Positions 30,401 through 38,061 of a stretch of 64,000 nucleotides of DNA are shown here, one piece after another. The notes under the pieces were generated by a model, which worked only from the letters and a program-made list of their open reading frames with translations, was not told where the DNA came from and made no database searches. Position numbers and translations under genes: made by a program. Positions within the stretch are counted from its first letter, which is position 1. Every line of letters begins with the position of its first letter. Source of the DNA: a virus; the IMG/VR virus record IMGVR_UViG_3300034198_015644, positions 42,490 through 106,489 of that record. One strand, 5' to 3'.

Positions 30401-32949
30401 TAATTACAGAACATTGTGAACCAACAAATGTAAATAGTGGGAATATATTTTCAATACCTAGTGGAACTACCTTTAATCAATTTATGGATTTGATTAGCAC
30501 TCAATTAATAGATGTTAAAGATAGACAATCTATATCTGCGTATCCATTACTCAGATATTTTTACGACAAATATTTAGGATTGTGTGGTTTAGATAATTGT
30601 AATACCAGTAGTGGACAATATAACTACAATACCTTAAATAATTTTGCACAATTAATTGGAGATTATTGGATAGATTTAGTAGAACAATTTGTTCCTGCCA
30701 CAACAATTTGGGGTGGAGACGGTGGAGGAAGAGGAACCAGAACATATTCAAATAATATGTTTGACCAACCTAAATTTGAATACAGAAATTTTTCATTTGG
30801 TTATTGTAGTGATTATTGTTTTCAAATAGGGGCAACTTCACCACTTAATACATCAACATGTTATGTCGCATCTTCATTAATTAAAACTGTTGACACACCA
30901 TTGACACCTCCAAATTTCGGTGAATGGGTAAATCAAAATATATTAGGAGGACAATCAACAATTGCAGGTAGAATATCTTCAGGGGTTCGTTTATGTGCTA
31001 GTCAAAACTCTCAATATAATGGATTATGTGACTGTATTAATGCACCAAACCCATGTTTAATTTCGGCAAATATAAATTTGTCGATGACAGAAGGTCCTTT
31101 AACTGTTAATATCGCACTACCAATCGTGACCAATTTAAATACGGCACCAAATCAGACAGATTTTTTAAATGCAATATATGCGGGATTAACACAATTAGGT
31201 TATAGTACAACAATAAATCCTCCATATAATAATTTATTGTGGAGTAAAGATAGTGCAATTGGTTGTAATGATGATATAACACCAAATTTAACGGTAGATA
31301 TTGTTTATTCTTGTATAACAGGTAGTACTTTAGTGCCAGGATCAGGAAATGCTTTTGTGTACGATTCACTCAATTATAATTTCCCTAGTACAAGTACATT
31401 CAATATTGGTCAAGTTGCGTTTAGTGGTGATGTTATATATGGTGTAGTTAAAGGTGATCCTGCTTCAAATAATAATTTTGGTTATCTATATTCTTACAAT
31501 AAAAATACAAGTACTTTATCAATATTAAAATTATTTGGTATTATAGGAAATTCATTAAGACATCCTAATGGAGGATTAGTTTTGGGTAATGATGGTTGGT
31601 TATATGGAACTTCACTTTATAATAATGCCCCTGGTACTTTGTATTATGATTGGGGTGCAATATTTAGGTACAACCCAATTACTGCACAGTTCCAAATATT
31701 AACTAATTTTAATCCTTCGATTGGAAATGGTAAAGTGACAAATTCAAGTAGAATACTTTACCATAGTAATGGTAAACTTTACATACCTTTAGTTGATTAT
31801 ACAAATATAACATCATACATTTATGAATTAGACATAACTCAACCAACTCCAATAGGAAACGCTTTTCTAACATTAGGGTATCAAACGGGTGAAGTATTTT
31901 TGTCTGAAGATACGGCAAATTTATTGGGATCTAACTATATTTTTGGTACTACAAGTTTAGGTGGTACATTTAATAAGGGAACTATTTTTAGATTTGTACC
32001 AAATATATTTACACCATTATTTAACATAGTTTATCATTTTGGTAGTTCAACTACAATTTTAAGTGAAAATCCAAGTGGACCATTATTACAATCTCCAACA
32101 ATAGGGTCGTATAATATATTTTATGGACTAACAAATGGGTCAACGGCAGTAAAACAAACTTTATATGAATTTGACGTATACCAGTCACCAACACCAAGTG
32201 CGGTATCCGTTATCCACACATTTGATGGTACAACACCACCCGAAGGTAGAAATCCAGAAGGTAATTTAGTTATATCGAATAATAAATTATATGGACAAAC
32301 CACATCAGGAGGTTTAGGATATGGCGAAATATTTGAGTATGATTTAATTGCCAATACGAATCAATATAATATTGTACATCAGTTTATTAACGGAGCCAAT
32401 GGAGCTAACACACCTCAAAGCTACCCTTATTTGACGTATAATCCTAACGATAATTACATATATAGTGTTACACCTTATGGTGGATTTAATAAGAATGGTA
32501 CATTGTATAGATTTGCCTATACCGGAACACCAACAACTTACACATATCAATCAGGAATTTTTAATTGTAATGATTTACCTTTATTGGCAACTTCATTACC
32601 TGTACTAAATAAACTTAGTGTTTCATTCAGTGCTGATTCTGGTACGACAGTATCAACTGCGATTAGCGGACTTTCAAATTGCATTACGTCACAACAAGGG
32701 ACAGGAAATTGTCCTGGTTATGTAAACAATCCGGGTGTTGAAGTAATCGTACAAGATTTGACAAGTTTAATTGATAATCCATGTGTTGAACCACCATTAG
32801 TTGCACAATGTAATACAATTTTTGCTACTCACATAGATAATGATATTTGGTTTGATGGTTGGGTAACGGTAATTACAGGTGCAACATATAATAACAATAG
32901 TATTACTACAGTCTTTACTGCATCAACTTCTAATACGGGAGCTATTTAA
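18460..32949 (+). CDS. Giant (4829 aa) protein: GloVer-type propellers at both ends, long SprB-like array, internal GH-like domain, non-repetitive probable virion-anchor region
   Basis: Propeller blades at about 18480-19690 and 31340-32520; SprB-like GG..PY.YS.dGG repeats at about 23000-28500; GIGLENEFWN at 25144-25173; unique segment CPGFELEKIVDNKKSW...YWIDLVEQFVPATTIW at about 29300-30710. Confidence 0.75.
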   Translation: MPYIFNDKYYKIIHKIGLNNLSQQSNSSLIIPNSFLNNLFYATTEETSLVGSNFRGTIYRADADGNVFDVLYLFSGLTQPLTLFKDGDGDRPIGSLIEAPNGLLYGTTDGGGVWTNSSQTPIYGNGILFSYDPLGNTYNILYRFSGITNFDPIPSLTDGGRPQANLKVISGTTIFGTTCAGGYNPIGGGTELGSIWKFDTSTNTYSILHHITASTEGRKVTELILANDDNLYFTTKFDGAGFPWPAGGSLVKLDLNGNSTVIHQFTNTPDGADPSASLLQASNNLIYGTTTQGGTGGYGTIYTCDTSGNYGIIYNFLGGINGQNPSGSLYEYSPGLFYGMAYGGGNFNLGVIYSSDTFGNVGVIHHFGSFYLDGESNYRQITNLSTGVNGSLFGVTNGGGIGSGTIYTWIDTCSFIYSRSGTTLNYFDPNHIEYSYYFETISPSNIRVAFACRNNNLFWRKITTSFNVIDEFTLGNFLDEAPVINRNIFLPPAAFKGMAYAGPNQLFVNNRTSQRVELYDITNTSATLITPVFSLPITHQFSIGNYTDSLYVNNTQTVFYINFNNTFTSFDSSGQILNDGAPPLGNVVSMYVHNGDIYTTTDNNLIYLTEPSAPSGWTFTLIGNTPYNEPMYAIAQDNISECLLSIPTVDYSCVTLFVRYADDFYIYELDPNNPDILNYRFKPFYATTQLATNGIYLWAHRSTVPSSFIDVYDLAASYATLNGVLVPSMQITVPINTRLGGIFYISPNQLYVVNETLNTVELWDISTPPTPIITTVFNIPAPYSPVILNSSYNSLYVDLNNNIFYLTTFTDFVSFSVTPGNPNPTVLNTSSSTILPNGHQIINMYLDNGQIYVTTQQGYIYLAQPAVGGGWTFIQQTFIPRPTRFGVTQTYAEDCVGTVPPTPLTGCVITGLTVTGCSDFVIVSGDSQDITCLHDGSVSIQISGGCPNYTYTLYHPNISTQVNQVVTPNKNWTFTGLTDPGNYYVSISGCSGATLVTLSPFTILDNNTFYNNIFQLNNEEFCVTVSGGTLPYIITIDGVSQTYQSADTYCFSASCLTPPSPSLIRCRLSNNNGRINRAWDGTPLSPCQHTFTILDLTVNGVQYGPGTPLTVTAPSGLMAGIGTDGNSYVTNITDWINSYVPAGFTFWDDMKVVDRPVGSTFNLTISYFNACAGTTQQYTYNDSTGWTIPGPQTYSTYDCVPLTIGGGSQTGRTVTISDAEGCSASTVINYTCETPTISISGTNLCCNNDGSVSITVNNGVPAFSVTGTNATTGEEIIVTSPTTPINIDHLTPGNWTFVVQDSYGNLITTNNTINLIRSYNVDFFSASTSPTGTTFCFSGESCLDYLNVIIEATGQITSINLNPTPDAWFGTDGIIDTNTLYCFDIPIEYCGNDVINILFFNGLNTNINVLSGSFTNPTCQALFGYVGAQEGTWVNGYPAYWFTLNNGIDVVVYFDLTLNLWVWKNRNSGTICSSSPDLINWTSINTSPNCQCVDSFTSSIVIAVDSCGYIYESISLPCPTLTLSGTSVNPTCIQNCSGTITLTSSGGQSPFTFQLTDSNGNTLLNSIGQPTIATNITTNSYTFTNLCSGTYYTLITDSAFPIPATANTTPIVLINTFIASANVLPITINGTGGTICFTVTGGSGNYNIDIQDTNYTYPPVNDTIVDGETCFDLPFGCYDWSIIDPSTLCQYTGNTCIPETPFGCGDYTYTDPTCTNDGTLTINVSGGTGPYQFDLYLNGIFNQTGTNSVETFTFQNLVAGTYNVLVTDLGSGTVLDCVTVTLVNTFSVQFISGSTCENPGYYCVSFSGGNPPYIIEFDQTIQYVEYIAGTYCYQAPCGTYELTVSDSAIIGNCYQVQVYTKGLGGFIITTDINGNEIANTVPISLSPQTFYFCSFSAPYYSVSGPPYSPYVPPSPYYLNISTSGDCSSTNCGGSTIGGCSDSQTITISCGVDLSATTVGNPCGQNGQGSITIFNIGGSPNFQYSINGGLTYQSSNYFTGLNSGTYDITILDASGCTASTQAVIGYQTNLSVSASTTPENCDYSSGGTITINIVGGTPTYSISLNGGLPTTQTYYTGLTVGTYTFNITDSEGCTATIDVTIEPPISLSGTITTSESCSYSPSLNQYLALKVESLINYLGNDVLENEHINYAVCQGYTIFQSYGVAKIWRTLSPTVTNPQGLNRAQAEARLSVFLGKIYSAGLLPVALLGDTADMDWLASVDAVNANKFWGIGLENEFWNGAVSFANWVSYLNYLKVTYPQYFRMAYLANPAGTWGATEALQIIDAQIDVIEITNYNSGKPNPNWGSFVNQLNLLSTAANIRGVNQKFIPLWSAEYNGNSGNNFSGQYFGVTTNYTKINPSAVLTQYDIDFAAVTYAYPPNLTKVGFSMYEYIYAIDAGVLPQCTNLSGSITASTITSGGTGVYSTSGTLTINANGGYAPYQYSVDGGAFGTSNYFTGLNGGIHNFVVIDASGCTVSGTTTIGGAFEFETSVTSLDCLTTSSATICVTSISGGYPPYTYSINGGSFSSSNCFSGLSSGSYTIAAQDLSGCSATTVVFISAPSPIIVNANVIDSISCLDGSSASGGTITITATNGTSPYYYSIDSGLNYQTLNTFINVPVGTYTIVVKDSLNCTGTTTVNVGTRPSFSISASSTPDNCSLTGLGSLTINVIGGYSPYYYSIDGGLFFNGPINSNSYYQGGLNPGVYDIVVEDSSGCTATTQVTIITSEDLTIGVVTTPETCNYNSGGTATISVTGGTPTFTYSLNGSSPVSSNYFTGLTVGTYTVTVTDSLGCNDTITFTIDPPINISGNTTPQPCNGISGGTLTINASSGNPPYTYSVDGGSFTNNNYFTGLTTGSHTIIVKDASGCTASTITQVNPPIIVSAVTTPENCLYTSAGTITIVSTIGGTSPYTYSVNGGSFTNLTYYTGLTFGSYNIIVKDISGCSATTQVTINPPIPVSGTVVTTNLDCNNTNIGTLLITAYGGTSPYTYSVNGGSYTSQNYYFGLSAGTYNITIKDVYGCSATTSGIVSTATPITVSAVSVTAITCTGVSVADLTLIPNGGTPPYTFLWKPINVNTQTVNTGNYITSPGTYTYSGSVVDRYGCSASTTVTFTILSAFTPTLDIIATGDLSCDGSSYVTISAITSGYNTICWSTGQCGVSSITANTPGSYSYYITLSGCVYSSDTVILDYVDVPPPIVGYDANLCICSSTDVSLINNGFTYTDILWNNGETASSFSVSSCTPTGYTFYLTAKDQYGCPVTSNTVTIVFSELDVDVYTNNSVCLECGICIDGYAEVVVNKGTPPYVFSWTGVNSTTNVVDNLQPGNYCVSVTDAAGCFESICFTISATTPTDCTYEPVKDPNGNIILNPDGTISFTDPAINVGPVARISITNYSPTEECCLSNSTTALPLLYCDCKCYWSKPSCSSGDTIIDKIILGTNGNNGIQLINSTPKNNQTIKCQYQVTFNYLFNFDCQSLNDCVQTNYSGDVLTFLSGLSAFATVEVLTTGGTYTTQQIAPIWNFDFYNQPTGVYFGGQNCDLITQSIFNSLGTNCTALTENTFAAIWKTASFKIYDSLVGETIKLGMILEGFGCEYNILLDNIQINEVCVVTEEQIITPPNGGCPGFELEKIVDNKKSWIYNETTYNRDWFHLKYRDTSYIDYDERLDINTKEVDLEVNVSRAINYDIYCYATSPQNCLTISGCNNPNLVVGLMTSIDYCSLGIPYLNDMSGFTGPGRIYFFDALGTLTTDVNQIVNAPAGGLYWDGTDINGVDRTSYFAPITGNTGVLYICQSGVTAAFKFEPNTLQLYYFNSCCLPQIPNSVRPTFMCWPTNTGLSYLQTITPASTLFSAGLVYLYYVLGTGVPPSIQPSNPWVQFPNVTTYTGSVLTFATSGLTAGQTYDFQFSIRVNGTNNPPQPIVYIAFGVGQGGTQVTLLDNITGATNNGTITYNFTQTITGPLTQYNEFFIRIINGTSTKTYFVNYNDLIITEHCEPTNVNSGNIFSIPSGTTFNQFMDLISTQLIDVKDRQSISAYPLLRYFYDKYLGLCGLDNCNTSSGQYNYNTLNNFAQLIGDYWIDLVEQFVPATTIWGGDGGGRGTRTYSNNMFDQPKFEYRNFSFGYCSDYCFQIGATSPLNTSTCYVASSLIKTVDTPLTPPNFGEWVNQNILGGQSTIAGRISSGVRLCASQNSQYNGLCDCINAPNPCLISANINLSMTEGPLTVNIALPIVTNLNTAPNQTDFLNAIYAGLTQLGYSTTINPPYNNLLWSKDSAIGCNDDITPNLTVDIVYSCITGSTLVPGSGNAFVYDSLNYNFPSTSTFNIGQVAFSGDVIYGVVKGDPASNNNFGYLYSYNKNTSTLSILKLFGIIGNSLRHPNGGLVLGNDGWLYGTSLYNNAPGTLYYDWGAIFRYNPITAQFQILTNFNPSIGNGKVTNSSRILYHSNGKLYIPLVDYTNITSYIYELDITQPTPIGNAFLTLGYQTGEVFLSEDTANLLGSNYIFGTTSLGGTFNKGTIFRFVPNIFTPLFNIVYHFGSSTTILSENPSGPLLQSPTIGSYNIFYGLTNGSTAVKQTLYEFDVYQSPTPSAVSVIHTFDGTTPPEGRNPEGNLVISNNKLYGQTTSGGLGYGEIFEYDLIANTNQYNIVHQFINGANGANTPQSYPYLTYNPNDNYIYSVTPYGGFNKNGTLYRFAYTGTPTTYTYQSGIFNCNDLPLLATSLPVLNKLSVSFSADSGTTVSTAISGLSNCITSQQGTGNCPGYVNNPGVEVIVQDLTSLIDNPCVEPPLVAQCNTIFATHIDNDIWFDGWVTVITGATYNNNSITTVFTASTSNTGAI

Positions 32950-32973
32950 AAGTGATTAAAAAATTAAATTGAC

Positions 32974-34731
32974 ATGGGAGATATGTTTAAAACTGAAGGT
33001 ATGGTAATCCAAGAGATTACAACTAAAGATGTAAAAAATTTAGACGTAAAAAATTTTTATGAAAGTAAAGATTATATTAATTACGATAATACCTATGTAA
33101 GTTTGACTAGACAAGATTATGGTGAATCTAAAATAGATTTTTTAATTGACGGAAGAACTGTAGGTCAAATAGTGGCAGGTTTTATTGATGGTTATGTATT
33201 AAATACTAGTGGTTTGACCATACATGAAAATTTTAAATATCAAAATGATCATACTTCAAAAGGAAAATCAATAAATAATTTTAATGAAAGGTCGGATTAT
33301 CACGTTTTCTTTTTACCAACTTATACAATTGATGGTGCGACTAAAATAATGACAGGAGTTACAAGTGCATCTACGGGTGTTTATATTGTAGATACTTTAA
33401 GTAGTCTAACTTTTACTACAATTTTCAATGACACTTCAGGATATACAACATCATTTTTTGTAAATAATAATGGAATAAAATTTGAACTTTTTCAAAGAAC
33501 AACTCCAAGTACAATATTTGCAAGTCCATATCCTGCGCCAGCACCACCAATTATTGGTTTCGTAGTAAATCCAATATTTAATCAAAATATAATTGATAGT
33601 ACGGATTATTTTACTAAGGTAAATTTAGAGAACTACGTAACATCTTATTCTTCAGTAACATATACTTTTGATTTAACTAATTTTGAAGGAGAATTTGTAA
33701 TCAAAGGGCTATTTAAATGGACAAATTTTAGTTATTTTTCTAATTTAATTGGTAGTGAATATTACCAAAATAAAATAACAGGAATTTACCCTAATAATTT
33801 ATATAACATATATGATCCTGATAAAGATTATTATTTTATTTATTTAAAAAAGGCTGAAAAACCTAAAATAACATCTAATATTTTTACACAAACTAATTTG
33901 CCATTAAATGTTATTAGCTTAGCCCCTTGTTTTGACGGACAAGTAGATTATCCAATCGCAAACGATATTAATACAGTGACTAGTAGTATATTGGTAACAG
34001 TTAATGGTATTGTTTTATCTACTGATGAATATATTTATTCATCCAATACCTTATCAATTATTAGTGGGTATTTGAAAATGGATGATATTATAACTTTAGC
34101 ATATTCTAACCAAATAAATACCCCACCAATACAGACAGAATCTTATAAAATTACTTCAATACCAAACACAACTTACCCTAATTATGGGCAAAAAGTTATA
34201 TATAATACTTCTAAAAATAAGTACGAATATTGGTTAGATTATGAATCGGTTGGAGATCTAGTTTTATCGGTAAACGGTCAAATTTTGCCAAATAATATTG
34301 ATTTTTATGTCTCATCTTCAAATAAAAAAAGGATTATTTTTGAAAATGTTTTAAATATCGATGATATTATTACCGTTTTCTACAATTCGGTATTAAATAA
34401 TGGGAACAAAATAACCTCATCAGTATATAATTTAAATTGGAGTCTAAATGAGGCACCTAAAAATAATTCAGGATATTTCCAAGTTCAAGTGGCAAATTAT
34501 AGTGACACTACATTTAGTAGTCCTATATTTACAGGTATTACACTTTACAATCAAAATATTGTAAATTATAATATGAATATTTCATTTAGTGGTAATTATG
34601 GGGACAAATTTTTAGTTAGAGTTATAAATTATAAAAATTACTATACCATTTTAAATGAATTAATACAAACAATAAATTATAGTGAAATAGTACCGTTGAC
34701 TATTTCTACAAACGCATTAAATAACTATTAA
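32974..34731 (+). CDS. Putative virion structural protein with beta-rich repeats
   Basis: 585 aa; two V.VNG..L....Y.....DDIIT..Y repeats typical of phage tail/baseplate proteins. Confidence 0.5.
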   Translation: MGDMFKTEGMVIQEITTKDVKNLDVKNFYESKDYINYDNTYVSLTRQDYGESKIDFLIDGRTVGQIVAGFIDGYVLNTSGLTIHENFKYQNDHTSKGKSINNFNERSDYHVFFLPTYTIDGATKIMTGVTSASTGVYIVDTLSSLTFTTIFNDTSGYTTSFFVNNNGIKFELFQRTTPSTIFASPYPAPAPPIIGFVVNPIFNQNIIDSTDYFTKVNLENYVTSYSSVTYTFDLTNFEGEFVIKGLFKWTNFSYFSNLIGSEYYQNKITGIYPNNLYNIYDPDKDYYFIYLKKAEKPKITSNIFTQTNLPLNVISLAPCFDGQVDYPIANDINTVTSSILVTVNGIVLSTDEYIYSSNTLSIISGYLKMDDIITLAYSNQINTPPIQTESYKITSIPNTTYPNYGQKVIYNTSKNKYEYWLDYESVGDLVLSVNGQILPNNIDFYVSSSNKKRIIFENVLNIDDIITVFYNSVLNNGNKITSSVYNLNWSLNEAPKNNSGYFQVQVANYSDTTFSSPIFTGITLYNQNIVNYNMNISFSGNYGDKFLVRVINYKNYYTILNELIQTINYSEIVPLTISTNALNNY

Positions 34732-34757
34732 CAACATATTTATAAATAAAATAACAG

Positions 34758-36863
34758 ATGAGTTATATTATCAAAGAAACTAGCCCCTTTATTGGGGTAA
34801 AATTGACTGAAATAGGTCGCCAAAAATTGGCTATGGGTCAATTGACATTTAATCAATGGGCTGCCGGTGATTCTGAAATAGATTACGGATACGTCTCACC
34901 AAATTTACCTGGGGTAAATGAAATGATATTGAGACCAAAAGACGAACAACCCAATTTAAAATATTATCTAAGAAAAATTGATGGATCAATTAAGACAAAT
35001 TTGAGTTCCGCAAATCTTAGAGTTTTGGGTATTACAGTTAATAATAAAGCGGATGAAAGAGGATTTTTTAATATAGCGGGAGATCCCACTACAGGGTGGC
35101 CAATACAGACAGGATCTACCTACATTAAAACTACAGGTACATTACCTTGTAATTTATTTAATGGGGGTAACACAATAAATTTAGGTACAACTAATTTTAG
35201 TGATTGTGATTTTGTTTTATTTATTGTAACAAATCCGGTAAATGGAACATTGTCTCCACAATCTTTTTCATATGTACCAGTTCCATATTTGTGGTTCAAA
35301 ATTGTTTCAGGGGGGACTTCAGGTTCAATAGTGACACTAGATAGGGATTTACCAGATTTAAGTTTTTTTGGTACGTGTAATTCTAGTACACAAATTCAAT
35401 ACATCATATACCCAGGTTGTAATGACCCAATAAATACATTTTATGGTAGTGGATGTACTTCCGCATATTGGAATACAGGTACATTGTCTTTTGATTCTTG
35501 TTGTGAAATATCGGTTAGTGATGTTTTAGTTTGGAATCAAAATAACGTTTGGTGTGAAGATATCATTGGAACTCAATCAGGTACAGAAACACATAGAGAT
35601 TATGGATCTATTGATTATATAGGAGAAAAACAATATTTAGGTTTTCCATGTGAATGTCCTGCGGCAGATTCTGAAGTTAATTGTTGTGATCCGGCTGAAA
35701 GTATACGAGACGGTTTCCAAAAAGGAATTGGAATAATTCACTATACAAATAATACAATATCTAATTTTTATGGTGAATTTTTCTATGTAGATGGACCTAG
35801 TGGCAAAGTTTTAACTTTAGATGTACCTACAGTCATGTGGTATAATAGGGATTTTGGTGGTGTGTCGGGAACAGGAGATATTATAGGAATGAGATTTGTT
35901 TCGGATACTACATTAAAATATGTTACAGGTACTGACATTCAATATTATGATTTAATAGAGGACGCAACATACAGTTCAACACCGACAGCACCATTAGTGG
36001 TCGGTAGAGTATACCCACAATTAAAAATTGTGGTTATAACAGATGAAGAATTATTGGCGGCGATGTCGTATAAATCAAATAGAAATTGGACTTTACCCGA
36101 ATTAAAAGCTACTCTTACTAACCCATCTAGTGGAACAGGATTGTTATCGCCGGGCGAAACTTTATATCTAACTTATGACATTAGACCAACTTCGGGGTTA
36201 CAACCATCATTACCTTGTCAATATTATGTAAAAATAACTAACACAACAGTTACAAGTAAAGATGTTTATTTCCACATAAATGGTTTGGGTAAGTTACCAT
36301 ATATGCGAGAAGTTGAGCAGTTAGGATATGACGGTTTAGGGTTTTATGGACATCAATTTGTTTTACTATCACAAATAGTAACGACTAGTGGAGGTTGCCG
36401 ACCCGACTCTTCAATGTGGAGACAAACAATATGGACAGATCCATCTGGAGGCACATTAAGTCCAACTGAAATTGAAGATCAAAATCCTGTTGTCAACGAT
36501 TTCTTATTGACAGTGGCTAGATATAGTGGAGCTACTTACTATGATAATACTATATTGGGCGTACCATTAATTGGGCAAACTAATATAATGAATTTTGGGG
36601 ATGAAAGATTTTTTTATGGAAATTTAGATACGTATATCGGTGCTAAAATTTTTAAAACAATTTTTAGTCTCAGTGTAGATAGAAGTCAATTTGTTAGTAC
36701 TACTAACCCATCATATACAACTAGTAACAATGGAATACTTAATTTAAGTGAGATTGGAATATATGATAATTTATCTAATTTAGTTATGATTGGTAAATTT
36801 AGTACTCCCGTGATACTTCCGCCGGGATCAATTGCGGATATTGAAATGACATTAGATTTTTAA
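34758..36863 (+). CDS. Putative tail-fibre attachment/baseplate protein (split DUF3751-like termini)
   Basis: N-terminal KLTEIGRQKLA..AAGDSEIDY and C-terminal SEIGIYDN..NLVMIGKFSTP resemble the two halves of tail-collar fibre N-terminal domains. Confidence 0.5.
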   Translation: MSYIIKETSPFIGVKLTEIGRQKLAMGQLTFNQWAAGDSEIDYGYVSPNLPGVNEMILRPKDEQPNLKYYLRKIDGSIKTNLSSANLRVLGITVNNKADERGFFNIAGDPTTGWPIQTGSTYIKTTGTLPCNLFNGGNTINLGTTNFSDCDFVLFIVTNPVNGTLSPQSFSYVPVPYLWFKIVSGGTSGSIVTLDRDLPDLSFFGTCNSSTQIQYIIYPGCNDPINTFYGSGCTSAYWNTGTLSFDSCCEISVSDVLVWNQNNVWCEDIIGTQSGTETHRDYGSIDYIGEKQYLGFPCECPAADSEVNCCDPAESIRDGFQKGIGIIHYTNNTISNFYGEFFYVDGPSGKVLTLDVPTVMWYNRDFGGVSGTGDIIGMRFVSDTTLKYVTGTDIQYYDLIEDATYSSTPTAPLVVGRVYPQLKIVVITDEELLAAMSYKSNRNWTLPELKATLTNPSSGTGLLSPGETLYLTYDIRPTSGLQPSLPCQYYVKITNTTVTSKDVYFHINGLGKLPYMREVEQLGYDGLGFYGHQFVLLSQIVTTSGGCRPDSSMWRQTIWTDPSGGTLSPTEIEDQNPVVNDFLLTVARYSGATYYDNTILGVPLIGQTNIMNFGDERFFYGNLDTYIGAKIFKTIFSLSVDRSQFVSTTNPSYTTSNNGILNLSEIGIYDNLSNLVMIGKFSTPVILPPGSIADIEMTLDF

Positions 36864-36874
36864 AAACTTATAAA

Positions 36875-38056
36875 ATGGGATTTGTACCTGGACTTACAAC
36901 ACAAATAGAGACATTTTTAACAAATAAAGGTGCTCAACAAATAATGACAAATGGAATTGGAATAATTAAATATTTCGCAGTTAGTGATGACGCTTCTAAC
37001 TATGTAACTTCTGACCCATTAACCTACAATCAAGTGTTTACACTTGGGGGTAAATTATTGATAGATAATAAATCTTTATCCGTAGTTAATGATCAAGAAT
37101 TGAATTTACGAATTTTAGTTGATAATAGTTCTGAAACATTTAAAGGTTTTTTGGGGGAATCAGGTTCTATTATAATAGAAGAATCGGTAGGCGGTATTAA
37201 CACATCTAATTTTTATAACATATATTCTTACACCGTAAATAGAAATACTATTAATTATCAATTAAATTGGGTTACCGATTTGAGATTACCGTATGGTGCG
37301 GGAGATAATATTGCTTGGAGTACACCATTTAATGGTGGAGGGTTTTCAAATACTGCAATTAGTGATATGTATAATAACGAATTTTTATTGTTTAATATTG
37401 ATGGATCGCAACATGCAATAATGGATGGTAAATCAATTAAAATGACTTTACCATACTATACGTCTACTGTAGATATATATGGTACGTTTTTAAACACCAA
37501 TATGAACAGGTCATTTTATGATGGACAATACAGTGATCAATCTCAATATATGAGAAGATTTGGATCTAATGCAATTTTATTATTTTGTGACGATATAATG
37601 AGACCTAATGGAGGTAATCCTTCATTATCTTGGTCTACAGGATATAATTATTCTAACGCACCATTCACACAAGGTGCTAAAAGTTTGGCAAATTATGTAA
37701 GTAATGGGTCTTTAAACAAAGATACTGCAGTCGGTATTGCATACCTTGATAAAGGAGTCATTGTAATATTTAACAATGTGTTGTATAATGGATATGTGGG
37801 TAGAAGTAATGATAATATTTCTATTAACAATAGAAATTTAACTAGAAGAAGTGTGGTTAATTATATATGTGATTTACCCATAGGCAATTACACTAGATCC
37901 CAAAACCCTACATTTACTACCAATACACCGATTAGGATATCTTCAATAGGTTTATTTAATGAGAATAAAGAATTGATGGCAATAGGTAGATTTAACCAAG
38001 AAGTTACTAAAAATCCTGCACAAAGGTTGACATTTATGGTTAAATTAGTAATTTAA
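36875..38056 (+). CDS. Paralogous putative tail/baseplate protein
   Basis: N-terminal FLTNKG...YFAVSDD..NY and C-terminal ISSIGLFNENKELMAIGRF parallel the previous ORF. Confidence 0.5.
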   Translation: MGFVPGLTTQIETFLTNKGAQQIMTNGIGIIKYFAVSDDASNYVTSDPLTYNQVFTLGGKLLIDNKSLSVVNDQELNLRILVDNSSETFKGFLGESGSIIIEESVGGINTSNFYNIYSYTVNRNTINYQLNWVTDLRLPYGAGDNIAWSTPFNGGGFSNTAISDMYNNEFLLFNIDGSQHAIMDGKSIKMTLPYYTSTVDIYGTFLNTNMNRSFYDGQYSDQSQYMRRFGSNAILLFCDDIMRPNGGNPSLSWSTGYNYSNAPFTQGAKSLANYVSNGSLNKDTAVGIAYLDKGVIVIFNNVLYNGYVGRSNDNISINNRNLTRRSVVNYICDLPIGNYTRSQNPTFTTNTPIRISSIGLFNENKELMAIGRFNQEVTKNPAQRLTFMVKLVI

Positions 38057-38061
38057 TTCGT

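Noticed and set aside
4130-32949. Bacterial chromosome T9SS adhesin locus
   Set aside because: No signal peptides or T9SS C-terminal domains are evident, and the flanks are phage baseplate, RuvC, primase and gp46/47-like genes
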